This document shows positions 58,781 to 64,000 of a stretch of 64,000 nucleotides of DNA, in pieces. Below the pieces are notes generated by a model. The model had not been told where the DNA came from and did not search any database. It saw only the letters and a program-made list of their open reading frames with translations. Both the position numbers and the translations under genes were made by a program. Origin of the DNA: Nitrospiraceae bacterium (GTDB lineage Bacteria > Nitrospirota > Nitrospiria > Nitrospirales > Nitrospiraceae); NCBI GenBank assembly GCA_050246315.1, contig JBFWWG010000011.1, positions 32,001 to 96,000 of the forward strand, in the 5' to 3' direction. The first letter of the stretch is position 1; each line of letters begins with the position of its first letter.

Positions 58781-58855
58781 CGTTCGTGGTGAGCCTGTCG
58801 AACCATGAACAGGACTCCTTGCAATCGAGGCCCTTCGACATGCTCAGGCCGAACG
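58781..58855. repeat. REP-like palindromic element
   Basis: CGTTCG-TGG-TGAGCCTGTCGAA ... TTCGACATGCTCA-GGC-CGAACG imperfect inverted repeat between convergent genes. Confidence 0.7.
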
Positions 58856-58916
58856 GATTATCACCGGAACATAGGGGACACAATACGAGTCCACATTCCT
58901 ATTCCGCACACCGCGG

Positions 58917-59837
58917 TCAGCTTGCCGGCCCGGCACCCGGAGCGTTTGGATTTGTCGGCTTCGCTTCCTTGGGCTGGATCGGAGAGGCATAGGACGTGTA
59001 CATCTTGGATAGGATCGCCTGGCCTTCGGCCGACTGCGCGAAGGCCGTGAATGAATCCACCAAGAGGGGCGCGTCATTTCTTGAAAGGAACAGGACCGGC
59101 CGTCGCAGTTTGTACCGCCCTTCCTTCACCGTCGGCTCTCCCGGCTCGATCTTGTCGATCGTCAGGATCCTGATCGGAATTCCCAGCCCCTGCGCGTCCA
59201 GCGCCGCCTTCAGCGAGAGATAGCTCACCGCATTGTCCTTGCCCGAGACGCTGGCGAGCGTTTTCTGATCGGATCGGACCGATTTGGAGGACTCCGGAAG
59301 TTTCCCGACAATCCCCAGCGATTCCTCAAATCCACTGTCGATATTCTGGTCGGGCGTCCGGCGAATCAACTCCACCCGCGCGTCGGACCCCTCGAACGAG
59401 GACCAGCGCTGAATGGCTCCCGTGAAGAGGGAGCGCACCTGCTCGCTCGTGACCTCGGACAACGGATTCGTGAAATTGACGATGACGGCGATGCCGTCCC
59501 AGGCGACCTGCGCCGCGCGCAACTCTGGATCGCGATGGCCTGTGATGACAAGATCGGCCTCCCCGTTCTTGACCATCGCGATCGTGTCCAGCACCCGGTC
59601 CCATTCAAGGTCGATGACCGTTCCGGGATGCCGGTGCTCATAGGCGCGCGCGAGTTCTTGAATGACAGGTTGCTCCGGACCCTGCCCCACGACAAGAATG
59701 CGGTGTGACTCAGCCGCCAGGCTGATCATGTCCCTACCCGGGAACGGAAAAGCGGACAGGATTCCCAGTACGATCGGTAACCATAGTCCAGGCTTCGCAT
59801 CGATCCTGGAGATAAATCTTAATCGTTGTGTTGCCAT
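58917..59837 (-). CDS. PstS-like periplasmic substrate-binding protein
   Basis: VAWDGIAVIVN..NP, LFTG.I..WS and GRYKLRRP motifs; GAGGAGG RBS. Confidence 0.82.
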   Translation of the reverse strand: MATQRLRFISRIDAKPGLWLPIVLGILSAFPFPGRDMISLAAESHRILVVGQGPEQPVIQELARAYEHRHPGTVIDLEWDRVLDTIAMVKNGEADLVITGHRDPELRAAQVAWDGIAVIVNFTNPLSEVTSEQVRSLFTGAIQRWSSFEGSDARVELIRRTPDQNIDSGFEESLGIVGKLPESSKSVRSDQKTLASVSGKDNAVSYLSLKAALDAQGLGIPIRILTIDKIEPGEPTVKEGRYKLRRPVLFLSRNDAPLLVDSFTAFAQSAEGQAILSKMYTSYASPIQPKEAKPTNPNAPGAGPAS

Positions 59838-59875
59838 GGTTGGTTGTTTCCTCCTCGCGGTCGTCTCGGCAGCAG

Positions 59876-59891
59876 GCATCCCGCTTGCCAA
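59876..59891 (-). promoter_or_regulatory. Candidate sigma54 promoter of the PstS-like gene
   Basis: Minus strand TTGGCAAGCGGGATGC (GG-N10-GC), about 40 nt upstream of the ATG. Confidence 0.45.
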
Positions 59892-60261
59892 TGCCCTGAT
59901 AGGTGAGCGGCATCTCCTTTATTCATTCTATCCTTAAATTGAGAGAGAGTGGATTCAGGCGGAGACCTATTCCAACCGGCGGTAAGGCTGGACACTTTAG
60001 CGGCTGACTCAATCACCAGATCCGCGGCTCTCGTAGCGGCTCTCGTACGAGTTCTAGAACCTCCGTTGAAGATGCGGCGATGAGAGAGGGTCGGATTGCG
60101 AGGATCAGCCCCGTTTTGCAACAGACTGTTGCATCGTGCAACAGCGGCACCGTGCTCATCGGATTCGTAACCGCTGAAAATATCGGGAGGCACTGTCGTT
60201 GCACTTAATCAATGGTTTGGTCTGGACTGGCGCGTGCCCCCGCATGGGGAGGAGGTGCTGT

Positions 60262-61611
60262 ATGACAGTCGAATCTTGTCGTAAGGATGGCAGGCTCCGC
60301 GACGCTGCTCCCTACAAGCCCGAGGCGAATGAGCTCAGTTCCCGATCTCTGCTGGTCTTAGAGGACCTGATCGGCAGATATCGTCCGAGGGATTTCGCTG
60401 TGCGCTGTTGGGATGGACGGATCTGGGAACAGGAAGCCGGGCAGCCCCGACGTTTCACTCTCGTGCTGAAACATCCGGGCGCGCTCCGAGCCCTCTGCCT
60501 CCGCCCCAGTCAGTTGGCGGTGGGTGAAGCGTTTGTCAATGACGACATCGATGTGGAGGGTGACATGGAGGCCGCGACGATGCTGGGCTGGTTCCTGGCC
60601 TGCCGACGCTGGAGGCTTAGAGATCTGGCGCGGGACGGGTGGTGGTTGTGGCGGCTTCCGACAAGCAGATCGACGCGCGGTAGAAGAGTTCCCGTCGCCT
60701 TATGTGGCACGCAGCATTCGATCGGACGGGACACGAAGGCGGTCACGTACCATTACGATACATCCAACGAGTTTTATCGGTTGTGGCTGGATCGCCGTAT
60801 GGTCTACTCCTGCGCCTACTTCATGCGGTCGGACGACGATTTGGATGCGGCGCAAGAGCGAAAACTCGACTATGTTTGCCGAAAGCTCCGCCTCCAGCCG
60901 GGGGAACGACTGCTGGACATCGGATGCGGGTGGGGAGGGCTGGTCCTGCATGCAGCCCGACGGTACGGGGTCGAAGCGTCCGGCATCACCTTGAGCGAGC
61001 GGCAAGCGGAGGTTGCCCGGGGGCGCATCAAAGAACAGGGATTGGCGCATCGCTGTCGTGTTGAGGTGCGTGACTATCGAGACCTCCCGGATGACCAGCC
61101 ATTCGATAAAGCGGTCAGTATCGGAATGGTCGAACATGTCGGCGCGAGAAAACTCTCAGCGTATTTCGCGTCGGTCTGGCGGGTGCTGCATGCCGGTGGC
61201 GTGTTTCTGAACCACGGGATTGGATGTCGAGAGGGCGACGTCGGGGCCATGGGAGCGTTCATGGAACGCTATGTCTTTCCGGACAGCCAGCTTGTCCCTC
61301 TGCATGTCACGGTCCGCGAAGCGGAACGGACTGGCTTTCATGTCCGGGATGTGGAAAGTCTCCGCGAGCACTATGCTCTGACCCTCCGGCATTGGGTGCG
61401 GCGACTGGAAGCGGCCCATGACCGGATCGTCACCTTGGTTGGCGAGGGGACCTATCGGGTCTGGCGGCTCTACATGGCGGCCTGCGCCCAGGGATTCCAA
61501 GCTGGGTGGTACGATGTCTACCAAACCCTTCTGTCCAAACCTCGGGGAGGTCAGAGCGATCTGCCATTGACCAGAACCGACTGGTATCAAGCCGAGCAGG
61601 CAGGAGCGTAG
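60262..61611 (+). CDS. cfa: Cyclopropane-fatty-acyl-phospholipid synthase family methyltransferase
   Basis: HYD.SN.FY, MVYSCAYF, LLDIGCGWG, SIGMVEHVG, YVFP and HYALTL motifs. Confidence 0.92.
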   Translation: MTVESCRKDGRLRDAAPYKPEANELSSRSLLVLEDLIGRYRPRDFAVRCWDGRIWEQEAGQPRRFTLVLKHPGALRALCLRPSQLAVGEAFVNDDIDVEGDMEAATMLGWFLACRRWRLRDLARDGWWLWRLPTSRSTRGRRVPVALCGTQHSIGRDTKAVTYHYDTSNEFYRLWLDRRMVYSCAYFMRSDDDLDAAQERKLDYVCRKLRLQPGERLLDIGCGWGGLVLHAARRYGVEASGITLSERQAEVARGRIKEQGLAHRCRVEVRDYRDLPDDQPFDKAVSIGMVEHVGARKLSAYFASVWRVLHAGGVFLNHGIGCREGDVGAMGAFMERYVFPDSQLVPLHVTVREAERTGFHVRDVESLREHYALTLRHWVRRLEAAHDRIVTLVGEGTYRVWRLYMAACAQGFQAGWYDVYQTLLSKPRGGQSDLPLTRTDWYQAEQAGA

Positions 61612-61756
61612 ACAGCAACCAGTTGCACCATCCGTCAGCTTCTTGACCCCTGGCAGGCGAACGCCTATAAGCATGGACTGTGACCCATGACGAACGGGTC
61701 ACAGTCCAGTGTGCCGTGCCGGGACCGTCGTCGGACAAGAGAAGGGGGGTGTATCA

Positions 61757-62845
61757 ATGAGCACAGGTCGTCGCAATCGTGCGGGCAATCTCGTCCCAGT
61801 GCTGGCCGTCGCCGTTGGCGTTGGAATAGCCGCGCTGGTCGGCGTGGCCGCAGTGGCACATGAGTTGGGGGAGGGAGGCTGGCCGCTCGTGACTCTCGAC
61901 AGCATCACCGTGCCGGATATCGGTCCCTTGCCGAATGCTGCGCCGATCCCGGGCGGCAATCTCAACTATAAAGGCAAGGTCGAACTGGGCCGGCAACTCT
62001 ATTTCGACGGCCGCTTGTCCAAGAACGGCGCGATCCCCTGTGCCTTCTGTCATATTCCCGGTGTGGGATTCGCCGATCCTCGCCAAACTTCGATCGGCAT
62101 CGACGGCAAGATCGGCGGGCGGCAGGCTCCCACCGTTCTCAATACCGGCTTCAATCCGGTTCAGTTCTGGGACGGCCGGGCCGGTTCGCTTGAGGAGCAG
62201 GCCATCGGTCCCATCCACAATCCGGTCGAAATGGGGGAGACCCATGAGAACGTCGTGGCGAAGCTGAACAAGATCCAAGGGTATCGCAACCAGTTCCGGG
62301 CGGTCTTCGGCACCGATGTCAGTTTGCAGGGGATTGCGGACGCGATTGCGGCGTTTGAGCGGACGATCATCTCCACGAATTCGGCTTTCGATAAATATGT
62401 GAAGGGCGACCGGAGCGCGTTGAACGAGGCCGCGGTTCGGGGCATGGGCCTTTTCAAAGGCAAGGCGCGCTGCATCCTCTGTCATAACGGGCCGAACTTC
62501 ACCGACAACCAGTTTCACAATCTGGGCGTACCGCAAGTCGGGCCGCTCAAGGAAGACCTTGGCCGTTACGACGTCACGGGGCTCGACAGTGATAAGCGGG
62601 CATTCAAGACGCCCACGTTGCGCAGCATCACGGAGACGGCGCCCTACATGCACGACGGCGCCTTCAAGACGTTGGAAGAGGTGCTGGATTTTCTCGACAA
62701 GGGAGGAGGGGCCGATCCCAACCTCGATCCTGACATCAAGCCGTTGGGGCTTTCGCCGGAAGAGAAAGGCGACCTGCTCGCATTCTTGCTGGCATTGACC
62801 GGCGCGCCTATCAAGATGGATCTGCCGAAGCTGCCGAAAATGTAG
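61757..62845 (+). CDS. Diheme cytochrome c peroxidase (CcP/MauG family)
   Basis: LYFDGRLS, CAFCH, QFWDGRA, CILCH, FKTPTLR and PYMHDG motifs; signal peptide. Confidence 0.92.
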   Translation: MSTGRRNRAGNLVPVLAVAVGVGIAALVGVAAVAHELGEGGWPLVTLDSITVPDIGPLPNAAPIPGGNLNYKGKVELGRQLYFDGRLSKNGAIPCAFCHIPGVGFADPRQTSIGIDGKIGGRQAPTVLNTGFNPVQFWDGRAGSLEEQAIGPIHNPVEMGETHENVVAKLNKIQGYRNQFRAVFGTDVSLQGIADAIAAFERTIISTNSAFDKYVKGDRSALNEAAVRGMGLFKGKARCILCHNGPNFTDNQFHNLGVPQVGPLKEDLGRYDVTGLDSDKRAFKTPTLRSITETAPYMHDGAFKTLEEVLDFLDKGGGADPNLDPDIKPLGLSPEEKGDLLAFLLALTGAPIKMDLPKLPKM

Positions 62846-62913
62846 AGTCCTTAATAGCGGCGGTGGCGCCGTGCGCGGCGCCTCCGCCGCTCCCCCGTTC
62901 GCTCGCTTCTCGA

Positions 62914-64000
62914 ATGGTTTCATTGGAGCACAAGCAAGAGACGGCGTCCATCCGACTGCGTGCCAGTTGCGAGTCTCGGATTGTGGCCGGCCATCTCTGG
63001 ATTTATGAAGGGGACATCGACTCCATCGCGGGAGAACCGAAGCCCGGGGACGTAGTGGACGTGGTCATGCACGGCGGGCGCCGGTGCGGACTTGGGCTCT
63101 ATAGCCCCCAGTCGAAGATTCGGGTGCGGCTCCTCACGACCGGAGACGAATCGATCGATGCCTCCTTCTGGGATCAACGGATTGGCGAAGCGGTCGCGCG
63201 TCGCAACTCGGTCATCTCCGGCACGACCGCGTACCGGCTCGTTCACTCCGAGGGCGATGGACTGCCGGGATTGATCGTCGATCGCTACGGGCCGGTGTTG
63301 GTCATGCAGAGCTTGACGGTCGGGATGGATCGTTGGCACGACGAGTTGGCAGAGGCCCTACTCCGGCATACGGACGCGGAGTCTATCTATCTGCGGAACG
63401 ATGCCCCGGCGCGTGTTCACGAAGGGCTGCCGCAGGAACGGGGGTTTCTCCGCGGCAAGGGGCCGCTTCGAGTGGAAATCATGGAAGGGCCGGCGCGCTT
63501 CCTCGTCGATATCGAGCGAGGGCAGAAGACCGGCTGGTTCTGCGATCAGCGCGACAATCGACTGGCCGTGGCCTCCCTGGCGAAGGACCGGGATGTCCTA
63601 GACGCCTTCTGCCATACCGGCGCCTTCGGTACCCAGGCGGCCTTGGGAGGCGCCCGTTCCGTCTCGGGACTGGATGTGAGCCGCTCCGCGGTAGAAATGG
63701 CGAGGATGCATGCCGACCTGAATGGCGTGGCGCAGATTTGTGAGTATCGCCAAGCTGATGCGCAGGAGTCGTTGAAACGGCTCGGCCGGTCGCGGCGGCG
63801 GTTCGATCTCGCGATTCTGGACCCACCGGCTTTTGCCAAGTCTCGATCCGTCCGGGGACGGGCCGTCGAAGGATATCGGCACATCAATATGATGGCGCTG
63901 AACCTGATCCGTTCCGGCGGGCTGCTCGTCACCTGTTCCTGCTCGCATCACGTGGGTGAAGACGATCTCTCCGCTGCGGTCGAGGCAGCCGCCCGGCAAA
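62914..64000 (+). CDS. rlmI: RlmI-like 23S rRNA m5C methyltransferase (runs off window)
   Basis: Not in the ORF track. Manual translation gives GHLWIY, SEGDGLPGLIVDRY, GQKTGWFCDQRDNR, ILDPPAF and TCSCS. Confidence 0.9.
   Translation, partial: MVSLEHKQETASIRLRASCESRIVAGHLWIYEGDIDSIAGEPKPGDVVDVVMHGGRRCGLGLYSPQSKIRVRLLTTGDESIDASFWDQRIGEAVARRNSVISGTTAYRLVHSEGDGLPGLIVDRYGPVLVMQSLTVGMDRWHDELAEALLRHTDAESIYLRNDAPARVHEGLPQERGFLRGKGPLRVEIMEGPARFLVDIERGQKTGWFCDQRDNRLAVASLAKDRDVLDAFCHTGAFGTQAALGGARSVSGLDVSRSAVEMARMHADLNGVAQICEYRQADAQESLKRLGRSRRRFDLAILDPPAFAKSRSVRGRAVEGYRHINMMALNLIRSGGLLVTCSCSHHVGEDDLSAAVEAAARQ

Noticed and set aside
61754..62923. 389-aa antisense ORF
   Set aside because: Shadow of the cytochrome c peroxidase gene.
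1..64000. CRISPR array, rRNA, IS element or prophage
   Set aside because: No spaced direct repeats or recognisable cas, transposase or phage genes.

Overview
Gene-dense, GC-rich bacterial chromosomal window; gene content and order suggest a Nitrospira-like organism (inference). In order it holds: mutS (partial), lapA-like, tsaE, nnr and pdxJ on the minus strand; an aspartate-family operon (aminotransferase-hom-thrC-degenerate apgM-lysC-cimA); ihfA-merR-tRNA-Pro-surE-dedA-cysS-rlmB; a ~15 kb type IV pilus locus with pilD, two complete but dissimilar FimT/PilV/PilW/PilX sets separated by a PilB ATPase, a PilY2-like gene, PilY1 and an Ig-repeat protein; phoH-ybeY-ftsY; a dual-receiver regulator, M1 peptidase, PD40 propeller and PAP2; a GT2/LAB_N/ArnT envelope-glycosylation module; a MidA-like methyltransferase, two tat genes and an alginate-export-family porin; a caspase-like lipoprotein lacking its catalytic Cys; thrH, YdcF, EVE and a minimal HExxH protein; a putative lysine catabolic trio; a REP-like palindrome; a PstS-like gene, cfa, a diheme cytochrome c peroxidase and rlmI (partial). 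I saw no CRISPR array, rRNA, integrase, transposase or reverse transcriptase. The best candidates for undescribed biology are the lysine cluster with a miniature HglS-like enzyme, the two-tip pilus locus, two probable pseudoenzymes and structured leaders before tatA and the porin. All calls come from motif reading by eye, without database searches.
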